Positions 39,674 to 49,828 are shown, numbered from the stretch's first letter. The stretch: DNA of 64,000 bases from an uncultured delta proteobacterium (GCA_963796055.1 CAWCKH010000003.1:320001-384000); one strand, 5' to 3'. Made by a program: numbers and translations. Notes: generated by a model not told the origin, from the sequence alone.

Positions 39674-39997
39674 TCAGCGTTCCTTGACGTCCATGTCCAC
39701 GTTGCCCTTGAAGCTCGCGCCGTCGGCGATGAGGATCCGCGGCGCCTTCACGTCGCCCACCACGCGGCAGTCGGCCTTGAGCTCGACCTTGTCGCTGGCC
39801 TGGATGTTCCCGGTCACCCGGCCGGCAATCTCCACGTTCTGGGTCTCGATGTCGGCCTCCACCACGCCCGAGCCCTCGACGTAGAGGCTCTCGCGCAGGG
39901 AGATCTTCCCCTTCACCGTGCCCTGGATGACGAGGTCCTCGTCGCCCGAGATCTCTCCGTCGATGACGATGCTGGATCCGATGACCGTGTTCGCCAC
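39674..39997 (-). CDS. bacO: Bactofilin
   Basis: TVIGSSIVIDGEI...GASFKGNVDM. Start taken as GTG 39997. Confidence 0.87.
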   Translation of the reverse strand: MANTVIGSSIVIDGEISGDEDLVIQGTVKGKISLRESLYVEGSGVVEADIETQNVEIAGRVTGNIQASDKVELKADCRVVGDVKAPRILIADGASFKGNVDMDVKER

Positions 39998-40136
39998 GTG
40001 CGTTCCGTCCTTCCCTGGTCTGTTCGCCACGCTCGCGGGAATCGCGGGGAAACCCCCGCGCGGTTCCTCACGCCGGAGCAGCTTTCTCTGAAATGTCTAC
40101 GTTTGTCGCTCCCGCCGCCCTCGCCGCAGTCGCGCG

Positions 40137-40481
40137 CTAGATGTCCTCGGGCAGCTTGACGTCCATCTCGATGGAGCCGTTGAACACCGCGCCGTCCTCG
40201 ATCACCACCCGGGGAGCCTTGATGTCTCCGGCCACCTTCGCCGACGCGGAGATCGCCACCCGCGAGCTGGCGTCGATGTTGCCGCTCGCCTCGCCGTTGA
40301 TGGTCAGCTCGTCCGCCCGGATGTCCGCCTGCACCCGTCCGGTGCTCTCGATGGTGAGGTGGTTCTTCAGGGCGATCTGCCCCTCCACCCGGCCCTCGAT
40401 GACGAGGTTGCCACCCCCGGTGAGGTTTCCCCGGATGACGATGCCTTTCCCGATGACTCCCACCTGATCGGCCTGTGCCAT
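40137..40481 (-). CDS. bacN: Bactofilin
   Basis: VIGKGIVIRGNL...GAVFNGSIEM. Confidence 0.87.
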   Translation of the reverse strand: MAQADQVGVIGKGIVIRGNLTGGGNLVIEGRVEGQIALKNHLTIESTGRVQADIRADELTINGEASGNIDASSRVAISASAKVAGDIKAPRVVIEDGAVFNGSIEMDVKLPEDI

Positions 40482-40509
40482 CAATGCCCCTGTCGTCGAA
40501 AACCGTACG

Positions 40510-41361
40510 CTAGAGATGCTCTGAGATCCAGCGAGAGGTTTCGGCGTACACGTCCTCCTTGCCGATCTCGTTGAAGATCTCGTGTCGCATGGACGGCCAC
40601 TCCCGGAGTCGCTTGTCGGGTGTGGTCAGCGTCTCGAACCACCGCCGCGACACCGCAGCGGAGGCGACGCGGTCGTCACCGGGCAGCATCAGCAGCACTG
40701 GAATCCGGAGCCGCTTGGCGGAGGCGAGCACCTCGGCCTGGGTCCGGGTGTGCTCGGTGAACCAGCGCGGAGTGGCCTTGCGGCCGTAGAGCGGGTCGTC
40801 GTCGGTGGCCCGTTGCCAGGCCGGATCGCGGCTCAGATCGGTGGAGGAGATCCCGGTGGGGATCGGCAGCGACGGCGCCAGGCGCGACAGCAGCACCGCG
40901 GGCGCGGTCTTCCACGCTGGCGGGGTGAAGGCCAGCCCCAGGTACGGCGCGGAGAGGACCAGTCCGTGCAGGCCGAAGGCGAGGACAGGGTCCGGCCCCG
41001 GAGCGCCGAGCCAGCTCAGGGTGATGAGCGCCCCGTGGCTGTGAGCGACGAGGAAGAGCGGAAGGCCCGCCGCGATCGCATGCACCGAGCGGACGAAGGC
41101 CCCGAGCTCGTCGGTGTACTCGGAGAACGCGCGTACCCCGCCGCGCGGGCCATCGCTCCGCCCGTGGCCCCGGACGTCGTAGGCGTGCACCGCGTGGCGC
41201 TCGGCGAGCATCGCGTCGCGGAAGGTGCGGTAGCGGCCGAGGTGGTCGCCGTACCCGTGTACCAGGACGAGGTGTGCCCGGGCCCCGTCCGGGACGTCGC
41301 GCTCGAACCACAGGCGCGTGCCGTCCGGCGCCGAGAAGTGGCCTTCCTGGTGGTGGTTCAT
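40510..41361 (-). CDS. Alpha/beta hydrolase (lysophospholipase-like)
   Basis: VHGYGDH, DVRGHGRS, AHSHG nucleophile elbow, RHEIFNE. Position matches my recollection of M. xanthus agmH. Confidence 0.9.
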   Translation of the reverse strand: MNHHQEGHFSAPDGTRLWFERDVPDGARAHLVLVHGYGDHLGRYRTFRDAMLAERHAVHAYDVRGHGRSDGPRGGVRAFSEYTDELGAFVRSVHAIAAGLPLFLVAHSHGALITLSWLGAPGPDPVLAFGLHGLVLSAPYLGLAFTPPAWKTAPAVLLSRLAPSLPIPTGISSTDLSRDPAWQRATDDDPLYGRKATPRWFTEHTRTQAEVLASAKRLRIPVLLMLPGDDRVASAAVSRRWFETLTTPDKRLREWPSMRHEIFNEIGKEDVYAETSRWISEHL

Positions 41362-41471
41362 CGGGGGAGCGGCCGCCCGGGAGGAGGCCGCCGGCTGAAA
41401 TCATGCCCGGAGGATCCGACGGAGGTCCACCGGAAGTCACACCGGACGGGCCGCCGGAGGGCCGATCAGGT

Positions 41472-43298
41472 TCAGCGATCGGCCACCGGCGAGGTCAGCG
41501 CCTTCAGCTTGCGCTCCACCACCGCGCTGCGCTCGCGGGCCTGGGGGTCGTCCGCGGTACGCATCGCCTCCAGCGCCCTCCGGTACGCTCCCACCGCGGC
41601 GTCCCTCCGGCTGACCCCGCCGTAAGCATCCCCGAGGTGCTCGAGGATGGTGGGCTCGTCGGGCTCCAGCTCGGCGGCACGCTCCAGCGTGCCGGCGGCG
41701 TGCACCACGTCGCCGCGCCGGAACTGCACCCAGCCGAGCGAGTCGAGGTATGCGCCGCTGTCGGGGTGGATGGCGAGGGCGCGGCGTACCAGCCGCTCCG
41801 CCTCCTCGAGCTGCTCGCCGTGATCGGCGAGGGTGTAGCCGATGAAGTTCAGGGCGGCGGCGTTGCGCGGGTTCACCTCCAGCAGCTCGCGCATGCGGGC
41901 CAGCGCCTCCCGGGTGGCACCGCTCCGCTCCAGCACCGTGCCCAGCGCGTACAGCAGCTCCTCGTCGCGGGGGTGCGCCTTCAGGGCCTCGTCGAGGACC
42001 GTCACCGCCTCGGCGTGCGCCCCGGTCCGGGAGAAGATCTGCGCCAGCGCGGTCACCAGCTCGGTGCTCCCCGACGCACGGATGCGAGCCTGGAGGAACT
42101 GCTCGGCCCGGCCCGGCTCGCCGACGGCCTCCAGCACCGCGGCGTGTCCGGCCTCGAGGGCGACGTCGCCCGGCGCCTGCTTCAGCGCCTCCGCGGTGGC
42201 CCGCTCGGCGGCCGCGGGCTCACCCGCCCGGGCCAGGGCCAGTCCGCGCTGCACCACCGCGTCCTTCCACCCCGGCGCGCCCGGAGGAACCAGGGCGTAG
42301 GCGCGGGCGGCGTCCGCCCAGCGGCCGACCTTCCCCTGGACCAGCCCGAGCGCGAGGAGCAGCCGCGGGTCGTCGCTGCCGGCGCGCGCCTGCTCCAGCA
42401 CGTGGATCGCCGCCACCGGCTTTCCGGCAGAAAGCCAGGTCAGGGCGATGCGCAGCGACTGCTCGGGCCCGATGTCGAGCGAGGCCAGCCGGTCCAGATA
42501 GGCCCGTGCCCGCGCCTCGGAACCCGACCGGAGCGCCAGCCGCCCGGCCCGGAGCAGCACCTCCCGCGCATCCGGGTCACGCTCCAGCGCCCGGGCGTAG
42601 GCGGCCTCGGCCTCCACCGGACGGCCCAGCGCCTCCAGCGCCTCACCGAGCGCACCCTGGGCCTCGGCGTCACCGGGGTCGATCTGCACCGCCTTCTCCA
42701 GCAGCGCGCGGGCGGTGTCCGGCTCTCCCCGGTCCAGCAGCGCCATGCCCAGCCGCCGCAGGCCGGTGGTGTCGCGGTTGAGGTCGGCGAGCGCCTGCAC
42801 CGTGTGCACCGCCTCCTCGGGGTGGCCCGACTCGAGCGCCATCTCCGCCAGCAGGAGGTAGGGTTCCTGCTCGCGCGGGGCGAGCTTCCGCACCCGCTCC
42901 AGCACCTCGCGGGCACGCTCCGGTCGATCGGTCTCGAAGAGCAGCCGCCCGAGGAAGAGAAGCGCGGGGACGTGGTCCGGCTTGCGCTCGAGGAGCCCGC
43001 GGACGGTGGCCTCGGCCCGCGCCGGCATGGCGGCCCGGGCCTGGGCCTCGGCGAGCGCGAGCAGCAGCTCGGGGCGGCCGGGGTCGGAGGCGAGCGCGAG
43101 CCGCAGCTGTTCCACGCTGCGCGTGTGCTCACCCTGCAGCGCGAGCAGCCTGGCCCGGAGGAAGTGGGCGTAGGCCGAGGCCGAGGAGTAGTCGCCCGTG
43201 GGCGCCTCGATGGCCTCCTTCATCGCCGAGATGTCGACCCGCGGATGCGCCGGCGAGGCGCCCAGGAGCACGAGGACAGCGAGGGCTGGAGCGACCAC
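41472..43298 (-). CDS. Secreted TPR-repeat protein
   Basis: Signal peptide after GTG 43298, many TPRs, ALNFIGY, YLDSLGW, EHLGD. Confidence 0.85.
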   Translation of the reverse strand: MVAPALAVLVLLGASPAHPRVDISAMKEAIEAPTGDYSSASAYAHFLRARLLALQGEHTRSVEQLRLALASDPGRPELLLALAEAQARAAMPARAEATVRGLLERKPDHVPALLFLGRLLFETDRPERAREVLERVRKLAPREQEPYLLLAEMALESGHPEEAVHTVQALADLNRDTTGLRRLGMALLDRGEPDTARALLEKAVQIDPGDAEAQGALGEALEALGRPVEAEAAYARALERDPDAREVLLRAGRLALRSGSEARARAYLDRLASLDIGPEQSLRIALTWLSAGKPVAAIHVLEQARAGSDDPRLLLALGLVQGKVGRWADAARAYALVPPGAPGWKDAVVQRGLALARAGEPAAAERATAEALKQAPGDVALEAGHAAVLEAVGEPGRAEQFLQARIRASGSTELVTALAQIFSRTGAHAEAVTVLDEALKAHPRDEELLYALGTVLERSGATREALARMRELLEVNPRNAAALNFIGYTLADHGEQLEEAERLVRRALAIHPDSGAYLDSLGWVQFRRGDVVHAAGTLERAAELEPDEPTILEHLGDAYGGVSRRDAAVGAYRRALEAMRTADDPQARERSAVVERKLKALTSPVADR

Positions 43299-43368
43299 GG
43301 CGAGGTTCCCTGGCCGGTAGCCTAACAGGGGCCCCTGGTGGGTGCGCGTCGCCCCCGGGGCAGAAACG

Positions 43369-45540
43369 TCAGCCTGCGGGCCGCCGGTCGAGGAGGTGAT
43401 CCAGCACCGCCTCGGGCAACTCCCGCCCCGGCACCTCGGCCACCTCGACCTGGCAGCGGAGGCTGGTGGAAGCGCGGAGGTCGGACTCGACGCGGCTGAA
43501 GACGGCCATCGCCTGCTCCGAGGTGCACTCGGGCAGCAGCGCGGCGAAGGTGCCCTGCCCCAGGTGGGCGAGCACGTCGGGCTGACGGAGGCGCTCGCGC
43601 ATGCGGGCCGCGACGGTACGGAGCAGATCCGGATGCACCGCGTCGGTGCGGGCCACCGCGAGCGAGAGCGGCCTTCCGTAGCGTCTGGCCCGCGCCGCCT
43701 CCTGGGTGAGCCGGGCGACGAGCCCCCGCCGGTCGAGCAGGCCGGTCTCGGCGTCGGCCACCCCCGACGTGGGCGCCTCGGCCTCGGGTGCGGAGGCGGT
43801 GCGCCGGTTGACCGACAGGGCACGCTCGGCCCGCTGCAACAGCTCGGAGGCGTGGAACGGCTTGGCCAGGTAGTCGACGGCGCCGAGGTTCAGGGCACGC
43901 ACCCGGTCTGCGACTCCCACCTGTGCCGACACGAGGATGACCGGGATGTCCGCGGTGTCGCTGGAGGCCTTGAGGGAGATGACGGCGTCGAGCCCGTCCA
44001 GGTGGGGGAGGAAGACGTCCATCACCACCAGGTCGGGGTGAAGAGCGTGCACCTTGGCCACGCCCTCGCGCCCGTCGCGGGCTACCTCCACCCGGTAGCG
44101 CTTGCGGAGGATGCCCTCCAGGACCGCGGCGATGTCCGCCTCGTCCTCGACGATGAGCACCCGGGGCTGCTCCTCGTCGCCCAGGGCCTGCAGCTTGGGG
44201 ACGACCTTCCGATCCGCCTGGGCGAGCGGGAGGGTGAAGACGAAGGCGCAGCCGCCGTCGGCGGGCCGCTCGGCCCAGATCTCCCCGCCGTGCAGCTCCA
44301 CGAACTCCTTGCAGATGGCCAGGCCCAGTCCGGTACCGCCGGGGCCATGCCGGTAGCGGTCGAAGACCAGGTGCATCTGCTCCTCGGCCATCCCCGGGCC
44401 GTCGTCCTGGACCACGACCTTCACCACCGGGCCATCGGGCCGGTGCAGCACCTCGCCCTCGACCAGGACGGTGCCGCTCTTCGCCGCGTGCTCGAGCCCG
44501 TTGGTGATGAGGTTCTGCAGCACCTCCCGCAGCTTGAGCTCGTCTCCCATCACCGGGAGCCGCTCCGGGGCGTGGGCCTTGAGAGTGATCCCGCGCTCGG
44601 CGGCGAGGATCTCCAGCTCGAAGGCGCAGTCTCGCGCCACGCGGCTCACGTCGAGCAGCTGCACGTCGAGCGCGACCCGGGCCTGCTCACCCTTGCCGCG
44701 GTCGAGCAGCGACTCGACCATCTTCAAGATCTTTCGCGATTGCCGGACGATGGCCTCGGCCGAGGTCTTGAGGTCTCCGGCCAGGTTGGCCTCCTCGAGC
44801 ATCCGCCCGTGGCCGAGGGTCACTTGAAGGGGGGCCCGGAGGTCGTGGCTGATGATGGCGATCAGCTCGTCCTTGAAGCGGGCCAGCTCGCGGAGCCGGC
44901 GGTTCGCCTCGGTGAGCTCGCGGTACCGCTCCACGTACGCCAGCTCGAGGTCGTCGCGCTTCCTCTGCACCGAGGCGTGCAGCTTGGCGTTGCGGACCGA
45001 GTTGGCCAGCGCCGCGGCCACCGCCTTGGCGAACTCCTGCTCCTCGGGACCGAAGGCCCCTCGCCTCCGGGACAGGCGGAGGAACAGGGCACCCACCAGG
45101 TCGTCCTGGCTGATGAGGGGCTGGACCAGAATGCTCTTCACGGCGAGCGGCGCGATGGCGGGCATGACGTCCGCCATCAGCGGATCCTCGAGCGCGTCCT
45201 CGATGTAGGTGGGCTCGCGGGTCTGGAGCGAACGCCGCAGTTCCGGGTACTTGGAGAGGTCGATGGTGATGGGCCGGTAGTCGTCGCGCTCGCGGGTGGC
45301 CATGACCACGGCCTCGGTGGAGCTCGGGGAGTCCACCAGGACGACCGAGCACCGGTCGGTGGGGAGCACCTGGCTGACCTTCTCGACGGCGATCTTGAGG
45401 ATCTTCTCCAGCTCGAGGGATGAGGTGGCCGCCTGGGTGATGTCCAGGAGCATCGCCATGCGTTCGGCGATGCGACGTTCGCGGTCGCCGGCCGTCTCCG
45501 GCGGCCGCGCCAGCGCCGGCGTGGAACTCTCCCCGTTCAT
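43369..45540 (-). CDS. sgmT: Hybrid histidine kinase GAF-HisKA-HATPase-REC-degenerate GGDEF (SgmT-like)
   Basis: SHDLRAP, GTGLGLAIC, VVMDVFLP, YLAKPF. I-site RQPD and degenerate A-site GQGTF. Synteny with bacNOP. Confidence 0.82.
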   Translation of the reverse strand: MNGESSTPALARPPETAGDRERRIAERMAMLLDITQAATSSLELEKILKIAVEKVSQVLPTDRCSVVLVDSPSSTEAVVMATRERDDYRPITIDLSKYPELRRSLQTREPTYIEDALEDPLMADVMPAIAPLAVKSILVQPLISQDDLVGALFLRLSRRRGAFGPEEQEFAKAVAAALANSVRNAKLHASVQRKRDDLELAYVERYRELTEANRRLRELARFKDELIAIISHDLRAPLQVTLGHGRMLEEANLAGDLKTSAEAIVRQSRKILKMVESLLDRGKGEQARVALDVQLLDVSRVARDCAFELEILAAERGITLKAHAPERLPVMGDELKLREVLQNLITNGLEHAAKSGTVLVEGEVLHRPDGPVVKVVVQDDGPGMAEEQMHLVFDRYRHGPGGTGLGLAICKEFVELHGGEIWAERPADGGCAFVFTLPLAQADRKVVPKLQALGDEEQPRVLIVEDEADIAAVLEGILRKRYRVEVARDGREGVAKVHALHPDLVVMDVFLPHLDGLDAVISLKASSDTADIPVILVSAQVGVADRVRALNLGAVDYLAKPFHASELLQRAERALSVNRRTASAPEAEAPTSGVADAETGLLDRRGLVARLTQEAARARRYGRPLSLAVARTDAVHPDLLRTVAARMRERLRQPDVLAHLGQGTFAALLPECTSEQAMAVFSRVESDLRASTSLRCQVEVAEVPGRELPEAVLDHLLDRRPAG

Positions 45541-45627
45541 CCGCGCTCCAATTTTCCTCGATTTTCTCGGCACTGACCAGCGCTCCGTCGGCGAGTCCTC
45601 ACCGACACCGATCCGCAGTCGGACCCG

Positions 45628-46374
45628 TCAGGGGCGGCGTGCCACCAGGAGAATCTCACGGTTCCCGGCTGGACCGTGAACCGGGGAATCCACGGCGCCG
45701 ACGGCGACGAGTCCGAGCTGCTCCATGCACGTCCGTACACGCGCCACCGCCTCGGCCCGCACCGTGTCGTCACGCACCACCCCGCCCTTCCCCACCTGTC
45801 CCCGTCCCGCTTCGAATTGTGGCTTCACCAGGGCAACCGTCACCCCGCCCGGGCTGAGGGCCGGGACCGTGGCCGGCAGGACCTGCGTGAGCGAGATGAA
45901 GCTCACGTCCAGCACCAGGACCGAGACCGGTTCGGGCAGCTCCGACGGGTCGAGATGGCGTGCATTCACTCCCTCGCGGAGCACGACCCGAGGGTCGCTC
46001 CGCAACCGGGCGTGCAGCTGACCCCGCCCGACGTCGAGTGCATACACCCTGGCTGCACCCGCCTGGAGCAAACAATCGGTGAACCCGCCGGTGCTGGCGC
46101 CGATGTCGGCGCAGACGGCGCCCCGGACGTCGAGCTGGAAATGGCGCAGCGCGGCCTCGAGCTTGAGCCCGCCCCGGGACACGTAGGGCATCGGCTCGCC
46201 CTTGAGGCGCACCTCGGCGTCGGCGGAGACGCGGGTGCCCGGCTTGTCGATGCGCTGGTCGTCGACCACCACCTGTCCGGCGAGAACCAGGGCTTGCGCC
46301 TTCGCCCGGGTGGGAGCGAGGCCGAGCTCCACGAGGAGGATGTCGAGGCGTTCCTTTCGGGGGCGGCCAGTCAT
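45628..46374 (-). CDS. tlyA: TlyA-family rRNA 2'-O-methyltransferase
   Basis: KERLD, YVSRGGLKL, DIGASTGGFTD, DVSFISL, KPQFE, GNRE. Confidence 0.95.
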   Translation of the reverse strand: MTGRPRKERLDILLVELGLAPTRAKAQALVLAGQVVVDDQRIDKPGTRVSADAEVRLKGEPMPYVSRGGLKLEAALRHFQLDVRGAVCADIGASTGGFTDCLLQAGAARVYALDVGRGQLHARLRSDPRVVLREGVNARHLDPSELPEPVSVLVLDVSFISLTQVLPATVPALSPGGVTVALVKPQFEAGRGQVGKGGVVRDDTVRAEAVARVRTCMEQLGLVAVGAVDSPVHGPAGNREILLVARRP

Positions 46375-46512
46375 GCCCAGCCGGCCTGGAGGAACGGCGG
46401 TGGCGAGGCTGGCCGGGGCCTGTCCCATGGTGACCCTGGCCTCACCTCGCGCCGTCGCAGGGTGCCGCGCGTGCCCAGCCGTCCCGCAGCGCAGAGGAGC
46501 GCCGGCGCTCGA

Positions 46513-46817
46513 GTTTCGGAAAGCCCCTTCACGAAGCCTTTTGGAACGGTCCCTGCCGGGGGGGGTCTGCGCACTCGAAAGAGCGTTCCATCCGGTATCC
46601 CGAACGTGGTTTGCGAAACCGTTCTGCCCGCGGGGGACGTGAGGCGGATCAGCCGAGGATCAGACCGCCTCACGTCGTGGCTCCACGCTCGCTTCAGCAG
46701 GAGCGGTCCGGTTTCCCGAACGCCGTCTCCGATACCCGATGGAACGCTCCGGCGAGCGCGCAGACCCCCCTGCCCGGCGACCGTTCCAAAAGGTTTCGCC
46801 AAGCCAGCTTGGGAAAC
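46513..46817. other. 305-nt rod-like imperfect palindrome with internal hairpins (candidate ncRNA or palindromic mobile element)
   Basis: Gap-free 90-nt arms at 46532-46621 and 46709-46798, with a 12-bp inner stem at 46636-46647/46665-46676. Confidence 0.75.
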
Positions 46818-47115
46818 CGCTTCCGTGGTGGAAAACGGTGGGGCCCTGGGCGAGGGCCCGCCTGACTCCACGGCGCCCGCGCCGGCGGCGCGACTGCGGC
46901 GACCTGGCACCCTGCGAGGCTCGAGGCCAGGGTCGGTCCTCGCACCCCGCCCCGCCGCCCTGTCGTCCCGGCTCCCCTCAGGACCAATCGCCGCATGCGC
47001 CGTGACCCCGCGGCCCGGTTCCGAGCTCGCGACCGCTCGACAAGCAGCTCCTGTCCAGCGTCATGGCAAACCGTCCTCGGACGAGACCGGCCGACGACCT
47101 CCTCGGTCCTGCCGT

Positions 47116-48861
47116 TCATCCCGCCCCCGTGAGACTCCGCACCGCGGCGGCGATTCCCTCCGGTGACAGTCCGAGCGCCCGGCGCTGCGCCCGTGCGTCT
47201 CCGTGCGGCACCGGCGCGTCCGGCAAGCCCAGCGTCCTCACCCGCGGAGACAGCCCACGCGCCGCCAGCAGCTCGAGCACCGCGCTCCCGAGACCGCCGT
47301 GCACCGTGCCCTCCTCGACGGTGACGACGTGCCCCGCGGCACAGGCCTCGAGCACCGCGGCGACGTCGAGCGGCGCAAGCGCCCGGACATCGAGCACCGC
47401 GGTGGGCACCTCCAGCGCCTCCGCTGCCTCCAGCGCGGCCAGCCCGAGCGGCCCGAGCGAGAGGATGGCCGCCACCGCCCGCTCGGGGCGCCGAAGCCAG
47501 CGCGCGCCGTGAACCGGTCCCTGCTCGACCCGGAGCTGGGCTGGCGTGGCTGGCAAGGTGCCGCGCGGAAACCGGAACGCCGCGGGCCCGGGCCCCGCGA
47601 GGGCGGTCTCGAGCACCGGGTCCACGTCCTCGCCCACCGTCGGCGCGTACAGTCGAAGACCGGGGAGCGGCCGCAGGTAGGCGAGGTCGTACGTGCCCTG
47701 GTGCGTGGCGCCGTCGGCGCCCACCAGGCCGGCGCGATCGATGGCGAAGGTCACCGGCAGCCCGGGCAGCACCACGTCATGGATGACCTGGTCCAGGGCG
47801 CGCTGGAGGAAGGTGCTGTAGATGCAGACCACCGGCCGCAGTCCGCGCGCGGCCTGGCCCGCGGCGAGCGTCACCGCGTGCTGCTCGGCGATCCCGGCGT
47901 CATGCACCCTGGGCCCGAACCGGGCGGCCAGGCCGGTGAGCGAGGAGCCCTCGAGCATCGCCGGCGTCACCACCACCACCCGCGGGTCGCGCTCCATCGA
48001 CCGTCCGAGCGCGGCGGCGACGGCATCCGACCAGGTGGGTTGGCCGTGGCGGCTGCGGACCAGCTTCCCGTCGCGCATCTCGTAGGGCCCCATGGCATGC
48101 CCCCGGGTGGCGAGGTCCGCCTCGGCCTCCGCGAGCCCGCGCCCTTTCTGGGTCCGGGCGTGGACCAGCACCGGCCGGCGGCTCCGGCGTGCCTCGGTCA
48201 GCGCCGGGAGCAGCTCGCCCAGCGCATGCCCATCCACCGGCCCGAGGTAGGTGAATCCCAGCGCCTCGAAGAAGGCGCGCGCGCCAGGGCCAGCGAGCAT
48301 CCGCGGCACGGCGCCCACGTTGGCCGAGATGGACATCCCGTTGTCGTTCAGCACCACCGCCAGGGGGAGTCCGCTCGAGCCTGCGTCGTTCAGACCCTCG
48401 AAGGTGAGCCCGCCGGTGAGCGCACCGTCCCCGACGATGGCCACCGCCCGCCCGGGGGCGCCGGTGCGCGCCCGCGCCTGCGCCATTCCCAGCGCCACGC
48501 TCACCGCGGTGCAGGCATGGCCGGCGGGGAAGGCGTCGAACGGGCTCTCGCGCGGGTCGAGGAACGGGGCCACTCCGCTCTCTTGCCGGAGGGTGTGCAT
48601 CCTCGGGGCCCGTCCGGTGAGGAGCTTGTGGGCATAGGCCTGGTGGCCGACGTCGAAGACCAGGTCGTCCTCGGGCGCATGGAAGATCCGGTGCAGCGCG
48701 ACGATCAGCTCGACGGCGCCCAGCGAGGCCCCGAGGTGTCCGCCCACCCGGCCGCAGATGGAGATGATCTCCTCGCGCAGCTCGGCGCAGAGCGCCGGGA
48801 GGTCGCTCTCGGGCAGCGCGCGCACGTCCCTGGGCGACAGGACGTGCCCGAGCAGCGTCAC
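47116..48861 (-). CDS. dxs: 1-deoxy-D-xylulose-5-phosphate synthase
   Basis: GGHLGASLG, DVGHQAY, GDGALTGG..EGLN, GIAEQH, YSTFLQR, DGATHQG. Confidence 0.95.
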   Translation of the reverse strand: MTLLGHVLSPRDVRALPESDLPALCAELREEIISICGRVGGHLGASLGAVELIVALHRIFHAPEDDLVFDVGHQAYAHKLLTGRAPRMHTLRQESGVAPFLDPRESPFDAFPAGHACTAVSVALGMAQARARTGAPGRAVAIVGDGALTGGLTFEGLNDAGSSGLPLAVVLNDNGMSISANVGAVPRMLAGPGARAFFEALGFTYLGPVDGHALGELLPALTEARRSRRPVLVHARTQKGRGLAEAEADLATRGHAMGPYEMRDGKLVRSRHGQPTWSDAVAAALGRSMERDPRVVVVTPAMLEGSSLTGLAARFGPRVHDAGIAEQHAVTLAAGQAARGLRPVVCIYSTFLQRALDQVIHDVVLPGLPVTFAIDRAGLVGADGATHQGTYDLAYLRPLPGLRLYAPTVGEDVDPVLETALAGPGPAAFRFPRGTLPATPAQLRVEQGPVHGARWLRRPERAVAAILSLGPLGLAALEAAEALEVPTAVLDVRALAPLDVAAVLEACAAGHVVTVEEGTVHGGLGSAVLELLAARGLSPRVRTLGLPDAPVPHGDARAQRRALGLSPEGIAAAVRSLTGAG

Positions 48862-49742
48862 GTGCTCCGCTCCACGGTGTAGCGGGCGAGCGCGGCCAGG
48901 GGCCCCGGGGTGGGTTCGAGCGCCTTCACCGCGCCGAGCGCCTCGTCGACCAGCGCGCCGGCCCGGGCGCGCGAGGCCTCCAGCCCCAGCACCACCGGGT
49001 AGGTATGCCGGCCGGCGGCGGCATCGGCCCCGGTGGGCTTCCCCATCGCCTCCGCCGAGGAGGTCACGTCGAGCACGTCGTCGGCGATCTGGAAGGCGAG
49101 TCCGATGGCGTCCCCGTAGCGCTCGGCGGCCGTGATCTGGAGGGGGCTGCCTCCCTCGGCCACCACGCCCAGGGTGCAGGCAGCGCGGAGCAGGGCGCCG
49201 GTCTTCGCCCGGTGAAGCCGGGTGAGGTACGCCTCCTCGGCCGGGCGGTCCTCGGCGATGTCCAGCACCTGTCCGCCCACCATGCCCACCGCGCCCGCGG
49301 CGTGGGCCAGCCTTGCCGTCAGCTCGCGCCGCCGGGGCTCGGGACCGCCTGCGACCAGGGCGAAGGCCTCGGTGAGCAGCGCGTCGCCGGCGAGGATGGC
49401 CATCGCCTCCCCGTACACCTTGTGGCTGGTGGGGCGGCCGCGGCGGAGGTCGTCGTCGTCCATCGCCGGCAGGTCGTCGTGCACCAGGCTGTAGGTGTGG
49501 ATGTACTCCAGGGCGCAGGCGGCGTCCTCGGCGGCGCTGCCGGGCGTCCCGCCCCTGATCGCCTCGGCGAAGGCGAGACACAGGAGCGGCCGCAGCCTCT
49601 TCCCGCCGGCCAGCAGCGAGTACTCCATCGCCTCCACCAGTCGGCGCGGCGCCGCCTCGAGACGCCGCAGCCGATCGGCGAGCAGGGCCTCGACCCGAGC
49701 GCCCTGGGCCTGCAGCCAGGACTCGAGCTGAAACCCGCTCAT
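48858..49742 (-). CDS. ispA: Farnesyl/geranyl diphosphate synthase
   Basis: GGKRLRP, SLVHDDLPAMDDDDLRRG, KTGAL, FQIADDVLD. Confidence 0.95.
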   Translation of the reverse strand: MSGFQLESWLQAQGARVEALLADRLRRLEAAPRRLVEAMEYSLLAGGKRLRPLLCLAFAEAIRGGTPGSAAEDAACALEYIHTYSLVHDDLPAMDDDDLRRGRPTSHKVYGEAMAILAGDALLTEAFALVAGGPEPRRRELTARLAHAAGAVGMVGGQVLDIAEDRPAEEAYLTRLHRAKTGALLRAACTLGVVAEGGSPLQITAAERYGDAIGLAFQIADDVLDVTSSAEAMGKPTGADAAAGRHTYPVVLGLEASRARAGALVDEALGAVKALEPTPGPLAALARYTVERST

Positions 49743-49828
49743 CGCTGCATCCCTCCGGAAGGCCGCTCGACCCGCTCGCGCATCCGTCCGAGGAGCGCGT
49801 CGAGGTCGATGGGCTTGGTGAAATAGGG
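49739..49828 (-). pseudogene. C-terminal relic of a receiver-domain response regulator
   Basis: The minus strand reads PYFTKPIDLDALLGRMRERV...*, the beta5-alpha5 end of a REC domain. Its stop overlaps the ispA ATG. Confidence 0.6.

Noticed and set aside
46513..46817. Retron msr-msd, 6S RNA or ribozyme as the identity of the long palindrome
   Set aside because: There is no reverse transcriptase in the window, no large central bubble typical of 6S RNA, and no hammerhead CUGAnGA core. Left unassigned.
46694..47119. 141-aa ORF overlapping the dxs stop
   Set aside because: Low-complexity Arg/Gly composition, no motif, and it runs into the palindrome. Not supportable as a gene.
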